Of a stretch of 64,000 nt of DNA, positions 43,109-53,873 are shown piece by piece (the stretch's first letter is position 1; each line of letters begins with the position of its first letter). A program made the position numbers and the translations under genes. Origin of the DNA: Pyrinomonadaceae bacterium (lineage in GTDB: Bacteria > Acidobacteriota > Blastocatellia > Pyrinomonadales > Pyrinomonadaceae); the NCBI GenBank assembly GCA_041742785.1, contig JBGTOA010000032.1, forward strand, positions 6,145 through 70,144, read 5' to 3'. The notes below the pieces were generated by a model. It was not told the origin of the DNA. It was given only the letters and a program-made list of their open reading frames with translations, and searched no databases.

Positions 43109-45631
43109 ATGCACATCGGGCGCCGTCACTTCTTCTTAAACGCAATCGCCGTTATCGCCACAGCCGCAGTTGTTGTCGCTGTCCTGGCTCTGATGAATGT
43201 CCAGGAACCGGTCGCTGCGCAAACGGGAGAGTCAGCTGGTTCACTCGTTGTTCTAGGCCCTGACCAAAAACCGAAAGCGGTCTGCCCTTTAAAGCAAACT
43301 CACGTGAAGGCCGAAATCAGCGGGTTCATTTCGCGCGTCACCGTCACCCAGGAGTTCGAAAATACCTTCAAAGCGAAGATTGAGGCTGTCTATACTTTTC
43401 CGTTGCCACAAAACGCAGCCGTCGACGACATGACGATGACCGTAGGTGAACGCGTCGTGCGCGGACGTATCCTTCGAAGAGCCGAGGCGCAGGCGGTTTA
43501 CGATGCCGCAAAGAACAATGGGCAGGTCGTCAGTCTTTTGGATCAGGAGCGGCCAAACATCTTTACGCAATCGGTGGCCAACATCCTTCCTGGCGAGCAG
43601 ATAAGAGTCACAATCAGTTATGTCGAGACTCTGAAGTATGAAGCCGGAGTCTATGAGTTTGTGTTTCCGATGGTCGTTGGTCCGCGATACGTTCCCGGAT
43701 CCGCAATGGGCTCCACAGGCAATGGCTTTTCGCCGGACACTGACAAAGTTCCGGATGGCTCGCGCATCACTCCGCGGTTTGCTCATCCAACAACCCGAAG
43801 CGGACACGACATCACTCTCGATATCAACATCGACGCTGGTGTGCCGATTGACACTCTTAACTCAAAGTCCCATGCGGTGTACATCGAGCGGGCCCAACCA
43901 CAACAGGCGCAGATCAAACTGAAAGGGGGCGCCGCGATCCCAAACCAGGATTTCGTGTTGCGTTACGAGGTCGGCGGGAAGGGAATTCAGGATGCGCTGT
44001 TGACTCATCGAGCGAATAGCGGTGGGTTCTTCAGTTTGATACTGCAGCCACCGGATCGAGTAACCAGTGAAGATGTCACGCCGAAGGAGTTGGTATTCGT
44101 GCTCGACACGTCAGGTTCGATGAGCGGGTTTCCGGTTGAGAAGGCCAGAGAAACGATGAAGCTCGCTCTCGACAACCTGTATCCCGCGGACACCTTCAAC
44201 CTAATCACTTTCGCGGGGGACACTCGCGTTCTTTTCCCGGAGCCGGTGCCGGCAACGAGTACTAATCTAAGAAAGGCACAGCAGTTTTTGGATCGCGTGT
44301 CGGGTGAGGGTGGCACCGAGATGATGAAAGCCATTCGGAGTGCGCTTGAGCCGTCCGATTCTCAAAAGCATTTGCGCATCGTCTGTTTCATGACGGATGG
44401 TTATGTAGGCAACGATATGGAGATCGTTTCAGAGATTCAGAAGCATCCCAACGCGCGCGTCTTCGCCTTCGGTATCGGTAACTCAGTGAATCGGTTCCTG
44501 CTGGACAAAATGGCTGAATACGGTCGTGGGGAAGTTGAGTACGTTGCCTCAACCGACGACGGTTCCGCCGCAGCGAAACGCTTCCACGAGCGACTGCGAA
44601 ACCCACTGCTGACAGACATCTCGATCGAATGGAATGGGCTGCCCGTCGCTGACGTCTATCCAATGCGCGTTCCAGATCTGTTCGATGCGAAACCCGTAGT
44701 GCTGACAGGGCGGTATCTGAGTGCGGGAAAGGGAATGCTGCGGCTTAAAGGCAAGATGTCTGGCCACGAGTTTGTCCGCGAGATCGCCGTGGATTTTCCC
44801 GAATCAGAATCCCAGCATGATGTCTTACCTTCACTTTGGGCGCGTCAGCGAATCGAATATCTCATGGGCCAGGACTATGCTGGCGCCCAGAGCGCTACGA
44901 TGAAGCCGGAGTTGCAGGAGACGATCACCAACCTTGGCTTGGAGTATCGGTTGATGACTCAGTTCACTTCCTTTGTGGCCGTCGAAGAGATGATCGTTAC
45001 TGATGGCGGACAACCGCGCCGGATTGAGGTTCCCATTGAAGTTCCGGAAGGCGTGAATGATGCGACTTTAGATCAAGATGCGGTTATCAAGGAAAACTTT
45101 GGCAACCCTGTGGCCCATTCACTCCCTGTCGAGAAGACCTACGCCAGGTCAATAGCGACGCGACGTGTTGGAGATGCAAAAGTGCAAGCGACCCCCGCCA
45201 GGCGCAGTGGTGGCGGAGGCGGTGGGTTTGGACCTGGTAGCGGCGGTGGAATGGCCGGAGGAGTGTCGCTAAATCGCTCGCTGACGAGGAGCGCGCCTGT
45301 GGTTCCTCTTTCTCCTGAAGAAGAGAAGCAACGGACGCTCGCCGCGAAGATCAATCCCTCGATCTCCGCATTGATCGCCCGGCTTAAGAGTAATCAAGCG
45401 GCGAAAGCCGACGAAGCGCGATTCGTGCGTGAGGGCAAGGCTGAGATTCAGGTTTGGTTGACAGATAAGACTCCGGCGAATCTTACGAAGCTGAAGGAAC
45501 TTGGATTCGAAATCCTGCTTGATTCAAAGACGTCGTCGCTGGTCATCGGGCGGCTGCCGGTCGAAAAGGTAGAGAGGCTCGTTGAGCTGGAGTTTGTCAG
45601 ATACGTCTCACCGCAATTCCTCAAGAATTAA
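43109..45631 (+). CDS. VIT domain + von Willebrand factor A domain protein, membrane-anchored/secreted
   Basis: The VIT-like N-terminus is VKAEISGFISRVTVTQEFENT...YTFPLPQNAAVDDM. The vWA MIDAS motif is VFVLDTSGSMSG. Confidence 0.85.
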   Translation: MHIGRRHFFLNAIAVIATAAVVVAVLALMNVQEPVAAQTGESAGSLVVLGPDQKPKAVCPLKQTHVKAEISGFISRVTVTQEFENTFKAKIEAVYTFPLPQNAAVDDMTMTVGERVVRGRILRRAEAQAVYDAAKNNGQVVSLLDQERPNIFTQSVANILPGEQIRVTISYVETLKYEAGVYEFVFPMVVGPRYVPGSAMGSTGNGFSPDTDKVPDGSRITPRFAHPTTRSGHDITLDINIDAGVPIDTLNSKSHAVYIERAQPQQAQIKLKGGAAIPNQDFVLRYEVGGKGIQDALLTHRANSGGFFSLILQPPDRVTSEDVTPKELVFVLDTSGSMSGFPVEKARETMKLALDNLYPADTFNLITFAGDTRVLFPEPVPATSTNLRKAQQFLDRVSGEGGTEMMKAIRSALEPSDSQKHLRIVCFMTDGYVGNDMEIVSEIQKHPNARVFAFGIGNSVNRFLLDKMAEYGRGEVEYVASTDDGSAAAKRFHERLRNPLLTDISIEWNGLPVADVYPMRVPDLFDAKPVVLTGRYLSAGKGMLRLKGKMSGHEFVREIAVDFPESESQHDVLPSLWARQRIEYLMGQDYAGAQSATMKPELQETITNLGLEYRLMTQFTSFVAVEEMIVTDGGQPRRIEVPIEVPEGVNDATLDQDAVIKENFGNPVAHSLPVEKTYARSIATRRVGDAKVQATPARRSGGGGGGFGPGSGGGMAGGVSLNRSLTRSAPVVPLSPEEEKQRTLAAKINPSISALIARLKSNQAAKADEARFVREGKAEIQVWLTDKTPANLTKLKELGFEILLDSKTSSLVIGRLPVEKVERLVELEFVRYVSPQFLKN

Positions 45632-45650
45632 ATCCTCTGGAACATTGATA

Positions 45651-45680
45651 GGGGCGTCGCTCCGTGGGCGCCCCATTTTC
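45651..45680 (+). terminator. probable rho-independent terminator
   Basis: ggggcg...cgcccc stem followed by attttc. Confidence 0.5.
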
Positions 45681-45829
45681 GGGGCGACGAATCGCTGGTC
45701 AAACCAGGGGCGCGCCCACGAAGAGACGCCACCACAATCCTGGTCGTCCGAGTTCCTGATCGTTGACAAACGAATCGCTCGCCTGTTAAACCCGCGAAGG
45801 CTTCTTAACTCCATTCCAACGAGTAAAAA

Positions 45830-46738
45830 ATGAAACTGGATCTCTGTTGCATCAGCGTCGCGCTGCTTCTACTCATTGGCTCGCCGACACCGGCTCAACC
45901 ATCCGTCAACACGCTCGACGCAAAAATCAAAGCGGAACTCGCATCTTTCAAAGGTACTGTCAGTCTTTATGCAAAGAACCTAGAAACGGGCGAGGAATAC
46001 GCGTTACGCGCCGACGATCGAGTAAAAACCGCGAGCACGATTAAGATCGCCGTCATGGTCGAAGCCTTTGCCCGGGTTGCAGAAGGCAAGGCGAAATGGA
46101 CTGATGAACTGGTCCTCGAGAAACAGAAGAAGGTCGGCGGCTCTGGAATTCTTAACGAGTTTTCCGACGGACTTCGCCTGACACTCCGCGATGCCGTTCA
46201 CCTGATGATACTGGTCAGCGATAACACCGCTACGAACTTAGTGCTTGATGTTCTAACCGCCGATGCCGTCAATGCACGGATGGAATCGCTGGGCTTCAAG
46301 AACATCAAGATCCTGAGAAAGGTTTTCGGCGGAGGCGAGAGTACGGCTGGAAAAATCGAGGACAACAAGAAGTTTGGACTTGGTTTCGCAACTTCACGTG
46401 AGATGGTTTTGCTACTTGAGAAGCTGGAGCGAGGCGAGGTGATCAATAAGGAGTCGTCAAAGCAGATGGTCGATTTGATGAAGCGAGAGCAGGCCCGGCA
46501 TGCCATTGGCCGTTCACAATGGCAAACGCCTTTGGCGAGTAAGTATGGAGCGCTGGACAAGCTCCGTAGTGCCATCGGCATCCTCTACACCAGGCAGGGA
46601 CGAATCGCGATGGCAATCACGGTTGATGAAATGCCGGAAGTCATCTGGTCTGTTGATAATCCCGGTTACCTGTTGCTGTCGCGTCTATCCGAATCGCTGG
46701 TAATTGGTTTGACCACCTCACATACGGAGAGCAAGTAA
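45830..46738 (+). CDS. class A beta-lactamase-like serine hydrolase, secreted
   Basis: It has a signal peptide, an S-x-x-K motif (ASTIK) and an SDN motif (VSDNTATN). A KYG motif replaces KTG. Confidence 0.8.
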   Translation: MKLDLCCISVALLLLIGSPTPAQPSVNTLDAKIKAELASFKGTVSLYAKNLETGEEYALRADDRVKTASTIKIAVMVEAFARVAEGKAKWTDELVLEKQKKVGGSGILNEFSDGLRLTLRDAVHLMILVSDNTATNLVLDVLTADAVNARMESLGFKNIKILRKVFGGGESTAGKIEDNKKFGLGFATSREMVLLLEKLERGEVINKESSKQMVDLMKREQARHAIGRSQWQTPLASKYGALDKLRSAIGILYTRQGRIAMAITVDEMPEVIWSVDNPGYLLLSRLSESLVIGLTTSHTESK

Positions 46739-46773
46739 GGCGGTTGTACTCCCGCGCATGACCCCGTGGGCCG

Positions 46774-46806
46774 ATGGCGGCTAACCCTGGGCTGCCATTT
46801 TCAATT
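46774..46806 (+). terminator. probable rho-independent terminator
   Basis: atggcggc, a 9-nt loop, then gctgccat, followed by tttcaattt. Confidence 0.5.
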
Positions 46807-47213
46807 TGCAGTATTCCTCCGCGTGCGCTCATCCTTATCCAAAAATTTGTAGGCTTCGAGATTATTTTGGATATAATTACCGCCCAGGGGGTTAGTGAAC
46901 TGCTGCAAAGCAGTCAAACCTCTAGGTAGTTACTTAACAGATGCTTGAGCCAACTTTCGGAACGGCAACTGCAAGGATCGATTCACAAGTTCCGTTTTGT
47001 TTGCGGCATCAATTCTATTCATCGACTGAGTTCTTGAAGTAATCCAACCGATGTGTAACCGGATGGTACCAGTCGAGCGGGTCTAAACCCTGTCTTTCTC
47101 AGCTTGCGTAATTCTTCACTCGAGTAGTTGTGGTACCGGAACATTTAGCCAGCGTTCCGAAGGACTCAACATAGTTTCCTGGTCGTAACACCCAATCTTC
47201 ATCGGAGGAGTTC

Positions 47214-50200
47214 ATGAAAACACAGAAGAAACTGCTAGGCGCTTTCCTTCTGCCGGGCGTAGTTCTCTTTCTCTTAGTGACTTCGTTCCAGGCTTTTGCA
47301 CAGGGAGGCTCATCAATTGTCAAAGGGACCGTGAAGGACCAACAGGACAGGGTGGTTGCCGGCGCGACTGTGACTATTAAGAATGCCGAGAGAAATTTCA
47401 ATCGCACTCAGGTCACTGATAGCAACGGTAATTATGCCTTCTCCTTAGTTCCCCCTGGCACCTACGTGGTCGAGACTGAAGCCTCCGGCTTCAAACGCTC
47501 GGTGCAGTCAGAGGTGCAGGCGCTTGCGGACCGGTCGACGCAAGCCGATGTCCAGCTCGAGGTTGGCAACGTGCAAGAGGTAGTTACCATCACGAGCGGC
47601 GGCGTCGATGCCCTCGCCAACACGACTGACGCCAGCCTGGGTAATAACTTTGTTTCCGAGCAGATTTTGCAACTGCCCCTCAACGCTCGTAACGTGGGCG
47701 ACCTGCTTAGTCTACAGCCCGGTGTTACGCCCGATGGTTACGTTGCGGGTGGACGAAGCGACCAGGCTAATCTGACGCTCGACGGAGTCGACGTAAACGA
47801 ACAACAGCTCGGAACGGCTTTCACTCCTGTGCTGCGCGTAAGTCCCGACACGGTCGAGGAGTTTCGTGTTATCACCACGAACGCGAACGCGAGTTATGGC
47901 CGGTCTTCCGGAGCTCAAGTTTCGTTCGTAACCAAGAGCGGTACGAACGACTGGCACGGTGCATTGTATGAATATCACCGTAATACGGTAACGACCGCTA
48001 ACGACTTTTTTAATAATTCCGCCGGGATTGAGCGGCCAACACTGCTTCGTAATGTATTCGGCGGCACGCTGAGCGGTCCGGTCGTCAAGGATCGACTTTT
48101 CTTCTTTTACAACTATGAAGGCCGGCGCGATGCCAAACAGGATGGCGTCACCCGCCTTGTTCCACTACCGAGTCTCGGTCGCGGCGAAGTTAGTTTTGTT
48201 GCCAGCCGCGCCGGCTCTCCGGATGTGGATGTGACCTTGACACCCGCACAGATTAATCAACTGCTGTTGGGTGGTCTGCCAGTTGTAGATGTGAACCCTG
48301 TTTCACTCGGCATTTTGGCGGCCGCCGCGGGGCGCTATCCGGCAAACGATCTGATTACAAACGGCGACGGGCGCAATACAGCCGGTTTTAGATTCAACGC
48401 TCCGCTCCCTGTGAGCCTGAATGCCCACACGGCTCGGTTTGATTGGAATGTCACCAGCGATGGTCACCACGTGTTGTTCCTGCGTGGTAACTATCAACAC
48501 GACCTGACTGCCAACCTTCCCTACTTCCCGGATACGCCGGCGCCAAATACCTGGAGCCATCCACTCGGTTTTGTGGTGGGCCACACCTGGCAAATCAGCA
48601 ATAGCATGACGAACAATTTCCGTTACGGTCTGACCCGAGAAGCGTTTAGCGATCAGGGTGAGTCTAACGCGAACGACACGCGCTACCGCAGCGTTCTTTT
48701 CGCCGAGAGACTTTCCAACCGAACCTTCAGTCGTGTGACACCAGTAACCAACATCACAGACGATCTGCTTTGGAACAAAGGAAATCATGCATTCCAGTTC
48801 GGCACCAACATTCGCATCACGCGAAACAGGCGAATAAGTTTTGCCAGCTCGTTCGACAACGGTATTACGAACCAATCGTTCTATGCCTCGTCGGGAGCGG
48901 TCATCAGCAATGCTGTTAACCAATCCCTAACGGCACTTACCGGACTGCCGGCTGGTTATGCGATAAACGCCGCCTGGTCGGTTCCCGCGCGACATGCGCT
49001 TGCGGCGGTCTTCGGCCGTCTCTCGCAATACACTGCCAACTTTAACTTCGGTGTCGATGGCCAGCCGTTGCCGGCCGGCGAGGGAATTCCCCGCACCTTC
49101 GCCACTGAAGAGTATGACGTGTATGCGCAGGACACATGGCGAATCAAATCCACCATGACGCTGACACTCGGTTTGCGGTATGGATTGAGCCGGCCTGTTT
49201 ACGAAACCAACGGATTTCAGACGACTCCCAGCATAGGCCTGGCGGAGTATTTGCAACGAAGGATCGACGCTTCAGCCCAGGGCCAGAATTTCACCGATCC
49301 GATAACGGTTGATCTAGCCGGACCTTTCTATGATCGCCCGGGCTTCTATCCCTGGGACAAGAATAACTTCCAACCGCGCGTATCGATCGCCTGGTCGCCT
49401 AACTTCCGCAGTGGGTTTTTGGGCAAGGTATTTGGTGCGGATGGCGATTCAGTCTTGCGCGGCGGATTCGCCATCACTAACGACTATTTCGGTCAGGCGC
49501 TGGCGGTAAACTTCAACGCGAACAACACGTTGGGCTTCTCGTCCAGCACAACGCCCGCGGCCAACACCTACAACATCACGACGAATCCAGCTCCGTTGAT
49601 TACCGGTGCGACCCAGCCGATTCGGACTTTGCCAGGCATTACGGTTCCAGCTTCCCTGGTATTCCCGCAGACGCAGCCGCAAAATTTTGCGCGGCGCATC
49701 GAAGGCTCCCTGGACACAAACCTGGTGTCCCCAATCAACTACAGCTGGAATCTGACCTTTGGTCGCAAAATGCCAAAGGGACTCTACTTTGAGACGTCTT
49801 ACATCGGGAGGCTAGCTCGCAATTTGCTCGCTACCCGTGACGTCATGGCGCCCAACAACCTTACTGATCCGCAGAGCGGGCAGGACTGGTATACCGCAGC
49901 GGGTCTTCTGGAACACCTGCGACGCAACAACGCATCCGTCGGCTCAGTTCCCAACCAACCCTGGTTTGAGAACATGTATCCGGCGGGCACCATCGACGGA
50001 ATTTTCTTCGGCCTTGGATTGAGCAACACACAGGCGGCGTATGCCGTTATGGCCATCAACGCGCCGGGATGTGCAGCTTTAGGCGGTTGTTATGAATTCG
50101 GAACTGATTGGACGTTCCTTCAGGATCTGCTCGACAGGTTCTCTGGCCGCAGACTCTTCTTCCAAAGCCAGTACGGTGCGCTTTCATCGTTCGGAACGAT

Positions 50201-50993
50201 CGCGAGCTCTGATTATCACGGTGGCACTCTGAGCGTGAGACAGCGCTACAAGGGCTTGACTTGGGATTTGAACTACACAATGTCCAAGTCCATTGACGAT
50301 GCCTCCGGACTACAAACCAGTGGCGTGTACGGTGCGGCGTTTATTCTGAATCCTTTAAGGCAGCGTGACAATCGCGCCCTATCGGCTTTCGACATTCGTC
50401 ACGTCGTCAACTTCAATTCGGTTTGGGGCCTCCCCGTTGGTCGCGGCAAGTGGCTGCTGGATACCGACAACTCGGTGGTTAACGGGTTTTTGGGTGGCTG
50501 GCAGTTGTCGAATATTTTCAGATGGAACTCAGGCCTTCCAGTCGAAGACTTTTTCGACCTGGGTGGCTGGCCCACCAACTGGAACGTTCGCAGCAACGTG
50601 GTCCGCATCCGTCCCGTTCAGGCTTCGCCAACCCGGGGCGGCGCTGCTGCGCCGAACCTGTTTTCCGATCCTGTGGCAGCGTATCAAAGCTTCCGTAGCC
50701 CCGGCCCCGGCGAAACCGGAGAGCGGAACTACCTGCGATATCCCGGCTACGTAGCCTTGGATCTGGGTCTACACAAGTCTTTCAACATGCCCTGGAGCGA
50801 GAACCACAAGCTTCAGATTCGTTGGGAAGTCTTCAATGTAACCAACACGCAGCGACTGACAGGTCCAATTGCCGATCCGACATTCGGCGTTGACCCACAA
50901 AACGGTGGCACACCTGGTCCGACGTTCGGCAATCTCACTGCAATACAGGGAACGCCGCGCATCATGCAGTTTGCGTTTCGTTACGAGTTCTAA
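47214..50993 (+). CDS. second giant TonB-dependent-receptor-like OMP with a carboxypeptidase-regulatory-like domain
   Basis: 1259 aa with a signal peptide. The N-terminus reads GTVKDQQDRVVAGATVTIKNAERNFNRTQVTDSNGNYAFSLVPPGTYVV. The C-terminus reads TPRIMQFAFRYEF. Confidence 0.88.
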   Translation: MKTQKKLLGAFLLPGVVLFLLVTSFQAFAQGGSSIVKGTVKDQQDRVVAGATVTIKNAERNFNRTQVTDSNGNYAFSLVPPGTYVVETEASGFKRSVQSEVQALADRSTQADVQLEVGNVQEVVTITSGGVDALANTTDASLGNNFVSEQILQLPLNARNVGDLLSLQPGVTPDGYVAGGRSDQANLTLDGVDVNEQQLGTAFTPVLRVSPDTVEEFRVITTNANASYGRSSGAQVSFVTKSGTNDWHGALYEYHRNTVTTANDFFNNSAGIERPTLLRNVFGGTLSGPVVKDRLFFFYNYEGRRDAKQDGVTRLVPLPSLGRGEVSFVASRAGSPDVDVTLTPAQINQLLLGGLPVVDVNPVSLGILAAAAGRYPANDLITNGDGRNTAGFRFNAPLPVSLNAHTARFDWNVTSDGHHVLFLRGNYQHDLTANLPYFPDTPAPNTWSHPLGFVVGHTWQISNSMTNNFRYGLTREAFSDQGESNANDTRYRSVLFAERLSNRTFSRVTPVTNITDDLLWNKGNHAFQFGTNIRITRNRRISFASSFDNGITNQSFYASSGAVISNAVNQSLTALTGLPAGYAINAAWSVPARHALAAVFGRLSQYTANFNFGVDGQPLPAGEGIPRTFATEEYDVYAQDTWRIKSTMTLTLGLRYGLSRPVYETNGFQTTPSIGLAEYLQRRIDASAQGQNFTDPITVDLAGPFYDRPGFYPWDKNNFQPRVSIAWSPNFRSGFLGKVFGADGDSVLRGGFAITNDYFGQALAVNFNANNTLGFSSSTTPAANTYNITTNPAPLITGATQPIRTLPGITVPASLVFPQTQPQNFARRIEGSLDTNLVSPINYSWNLTFGRKMPKGLYFETSYIGRLARNLLATRDVMAPNNLTDPQSGQDWYTAAGLLEHLRRNNASVGSVPNQPWFENMYPAGTIDGIFFGLGLSNTQAAYAVMAINAPGCAALGGCYEFGTDWTFLQDLLDRFSGRRLFFQSQYGALSSFGTIASSDYHGGTLSVRQRYKGLTWDLNYTMSKSIDDASGLQTSGVYGAAFILNPLRQRDNRALSAFDIRHVVNFNSVWGLPVGRGKWLLDTDNSVVNGFLGGWQLSNIFRWNSGLPVEDFFDLGGWPTNWNVRSNVVRIRPVQASPTRGGAAAPNLFSDPVAAYQSFRSPGPGETGERNYLRYPGYVALDLGLHKSFNMPWSENHKLQIRWEVFNVTNTQRLTGPIADPTFGVDPQNGGTPGPTFGNLTAIQGTPRIMQFAFRYEF

Positions 50994-51040
50994 TACTCGC
51001 GAACGAGCGGTACTGTCGCGATAGTATCGCGACCTTAACT

Positions 51041-51076
51041 GAGGGCTCTCTGCCAAGAGAGCCCTCTTATTATTTG
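51041..51076 (+). terminator. rho-independent terminator (possibly bidirectional)
   Basis: gagggctctc tgccaa gagagccctc followed by ttattatttgt. It lies between convergent genes. Confidence 0.7.
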
Positions 51077-51269
51077 TGCGCCCGGCAGGGCGCTCTTACC
51101 AGGGAGTGAAAGTCTCCTACGAACCCGACAGGGAGAATCGTTGGCCGGTGAGGTTGCTTAACGTACGACTGTCACGGCGAATCATCCGAGGCGAATCCTC
51201 AGAAGCAAGGAAAAGCGGGCTAAGCTCATAGGGCTCAGCCCCCCACCTTCTACCAGAGAGGCTCCAAAT

Positions 51270-52268
51270 CTATTTTGGGGTTTTGTTCTGCGAGATGTAA
51301 TCCTGGATCTTCTTCTTCTCAGCATAGTCAGGACGCTTTTCCAGAAACTGTTCGTACTCCAAAACTGCTTTGTCCTTCATGCCTGCCGCATTGTAGAGAG
51401 TTGCGAGTCGCAGGTGAATATCCGCTTTGCCAATCGGATCCAACCGGATCGCCTCATTAAGATGACCTACAGCCTTGGAACCCTTCTTTGCGCCGAGGTA
51501 AGCCTCACCAAGATAGTGCTGAACATCCGCCGACGTAGGCGCCTCGACCACGGCCTTGGATAGAGTCTCAACAGCGCCCTCGAAGTTCTTCTGCGCCAGC
51601 CTCAGCTTGCCGAGATTCACCAGCGCAAGCAGGTAACTCGGCTTGGCTTCCAGGGCTTTCTGATAGGCCGCATCGGCATTAGAGAACTTCTCCTGCTTGA
51701 AATAGACTGTTCCCAATTCAGTCCATGCCATATAGTCTCTCGCATCGCTGGCCACAACTTTCTTCAGTGAGGTAACGGCCTCATCCATCTGCTTCTTCTC
51801 AACCGACGCCAGCGCGCTGTCGTAGAGACCTTGATTGCTACTGGAACGGTTATAAACAACACCCGCGGGGGCGGCTGGTTTACCGCCACCCGGCGCCTCG
51901 GCCCTCAAGGTTATGTCGTGCCTCACGTCGGTCGGCTGGTTTTCAGCCAGGCGAATGTTGTTGCGATAAACGGACTGATTCTCATACTGCACCACGATCG
52001 TGAATTCCCCATTCGGGACGCCGCTAAAGCGAAAACGTCCGCCGCTGCTGATGGTCGTCTGCTGCATAAGATTCACTCCGGCGTACAGGATGACCTGGAA
52101 AGTGCCACCAGCAGTGAGGCCCTCAACTTTCAGGTCTCCATAGAGAACACTGCCGCGGCTGCTGAGGCGATCAGGACGTTGAGCATACGCTTCGCCAATG
52201 CCGGACAAAGCCAATAAGAAGGCAATCAGAAGAACTCGTTGGCATGCGTAAGACAGTACGGATTTCAT
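51270..52268 (-). CDS. secreted CarboxypepD_reg-like + TPR repeat protein
   Basis: It has a signal peptide, then GTFQVILYAG...GGRFRFSGVPNGEFTIVV, then TPR-like helices (AWTELGTVYFKQEKFSNADAAYQKALEAKPSY...). Confidence 0.8.
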   Translation of the reverse strand: MKSVLSYACQRVLLIAFLLALSGIGEAYAQRPDRLSSRGSVLYGDLKVEGLTAGGTFQVILYAGVNLMQQTTISSGGRFRFSGVPNGEFTIVVQYENQSVYRNNIRLAENQPTDVRHDITLRAEAPGGGKPAAPAGVVYNRSSSNQGLYDSALASVEKKQMDEAVTSLKKVVASDARDYMAWTELGTVYFKQEKFSNADAAYQKALEAKPSYLLALVNLGKLRLAQKNFEGAVETLSKAVVEAPTSADVQHYLGEAYLGAKKGSKAVGHLNEAIRLDPIGKADIHLRLATLYNAAGMKDKAVLEYEQFLEKRPDYAEKKKIQDYISQNKTPK

Positions 52269-52835
52269 TGTGCAGATCCTTTCAGGAAATTTACGGCTGT
52301 GTGTGTGTCAGTTCAGACCTTTCATATTTCAATTCATGGTCGAAGTCAACGCAAGCGGTGAACGCTTGTCCTTGCGCTCCAGTATATAGCCACATCCCCA
52401 GACCACCTTCTGAAGCTCTTCGATCGCGAGCATCTCAGAGAGTTCGGTGATTACCCGGATTGCGATAGGTGACGCGCGTTGCTTATCCGACATTTTCATC
52501 TCCAGCGTGATATTCACAATCGAGTGCTGAAGTCAATACTCTCATGAAGCTTCCCCTGAAGTCTGTCTTCAAGGCATAACCGCGAGCGGCGGCGACGGGC
52601 CGTTAGGTGGACGCCAGGTCGTTAAAAGCCTCCTTGAAAACTCCGTGATCCCAACAGACTTCTCTGGAATCGGCCCCGTCGCTGCCGCTCGCGGTTCTGA
52701 TTTGCCGGCAACACCTCTAAACTTCTGGTCCAGGGGTCAATCAACCAGCGCTTACAATAAAACCCAGAACCTAAATGCTTTCTATTACGTTATTGAGTTT
52801 GAACTACCGCGATTCTTGAATTCTGGAGATCCCAC

Positions 52836-53681
52836 ATGAAACGCCTGATCCTTGTTGTCCTGTTGGTTGCGATTGCAGCAGTAGCTGGAATTGTCCGTTC
52901 GCACACCAGTCGTGGCGTGACGTTGAGTAAGCTGCCTCAGGCAATCGCCGGCGAGTCAGAAAACGCCAACGAAACTCGCGAAGAGATTCGCCAAGCCTAT
53001 AAATTGACTTCAGGGGCTCGGGTACGAGTTTCTGGTATCAATGGAGCAGTGAAAGTAGAGACGTCTGAGACGACCACCGCCGAAGTTCATATCGAGAGAA
53101 TTGGAAAAAGCGCAGAAGCACTTGGACGGCGCAAGGTCGTGATCGAAGCGACGGCCAACAGCCTCGACATCCGCGGCAAAAAGGGCGATGCCGGCTTGAT
53201 TGCCCGGATGTTTGGCTCCAACCCGACTGAGCGCGTAACGCTTAAGTTGCCCCGGCAAATTGCTCTGGCTACGGAAGGTGTAAACGGATCAGTGATTATC
53301 GGGGAAGTTGACGGGCCGGTCGAAGTACATGGCGTCAATGGCAGAGTTGAAGTGGCACAGGCGAAGGGCGCGGCAGAGTTTCACGGTATCAATGGGAATA
53401 TCTCGGTCGCGTTGAAGGAGATTCAGAGTGACAGCGTTTCCATCAATGGGATCAATGGGAACATTGAGCTGCGACTCGCGGAAGGGATGAGCGCTGACCT
53501 CGAGGCACACGGCATGAATGGAAACGTTGTTTCTGATCTGCCGGATTTCGTCCTCGAAAAAGCAAAGCACGGAAACTACCTGGCGCATGTTGGCCGCGGC
53601 GGAAATTCAATTTCTGCTAACGGCATCAATGGGAATATTCGTTTGTCTCGGGTGATGACAGCCACCTCAGCTAAGAGTTGA
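52836..53681 (+). CDS. DUF4097-type putative adhesin (repeated (G)(I/V)NG.(I/V) beta-strands)
   Basis: An N-terminal anchor is followed by repeats of INGAVKVE, VNGSVIIG, VNGRVEVA, INGNISVA and INGNIELR. Confidence 0.75.
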   Translation: MKRLILVVLLVAIAAVAGIVRSHTSRGVTLSKLPQAIAGESENANETREEIRQAYKLTSGARVRVSGINGAVKVETSETTTAEVHIERIGKSAEALGRRKVVIEATANSLDIRGKKGDAGLIARMFGSNPTERVTLKLPRQIALATEGVNGSVIIGEVDGPVEVHGVNGRVEVAQAKGAAEFHGINGNISVALKEIQSDSVSINGINGNIELRLAEGMSADLEAHGMNGNVVSDLPDFVLEKAKHGNYLAHVGRGGNSISANGINGNIRLSRVMTATSAKS

Positions 53682-53873
53682 TCGGGAAGAATCATACTCA
53701 ATCGGCATCTGCACTGTCTTCCCACTATCTAAGTCAAACAAACTAAAATCTACTGCACAGCCGCGGTTGTGACGTGAACCCTTGCTCGGATCGGCGACAA
53801 ATATTTTTCGATCCTCAGGAAGTCGCGTCCCAGAAGGTCCCACTTGCACGCGCCGTCGGTTCTTAGAACTCAA
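53667..53873 (-). pseudogene. internal fragment of a D-Ala-D-Ala dipeptidase (VanX/DdpX family)
   Basis: FVADPSKGSRHNRGCAVDFSLFDLDSGKTVQMPIEYD matches the zinc-site region. It spans only ~45-68 aa, wedged between and overlapping the ends of two flanking genes. Confidence 0.55.

Noticed and set aside
46739-47213. Possible riboswitch (cobalamin or TPP) in the 475-nt leader of the second TonB-dependent-like receptor
   Set aside because: I looked for a B12 box (GCCACTG-like) and the TPP CUGAGA/ACCUGA motifs on the plus strand and found neither. A covariance-model scan would be needed to exclude other classes.
52329-52517. 62-aa minus-strand ORF with a GNAT-like N-terminal flavour (…ELSEMLAIEELQKVVWG…)
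   Set aside because: It is too short and the similarity is only impressionistic. It could be a remnant, but I cannot support a call.
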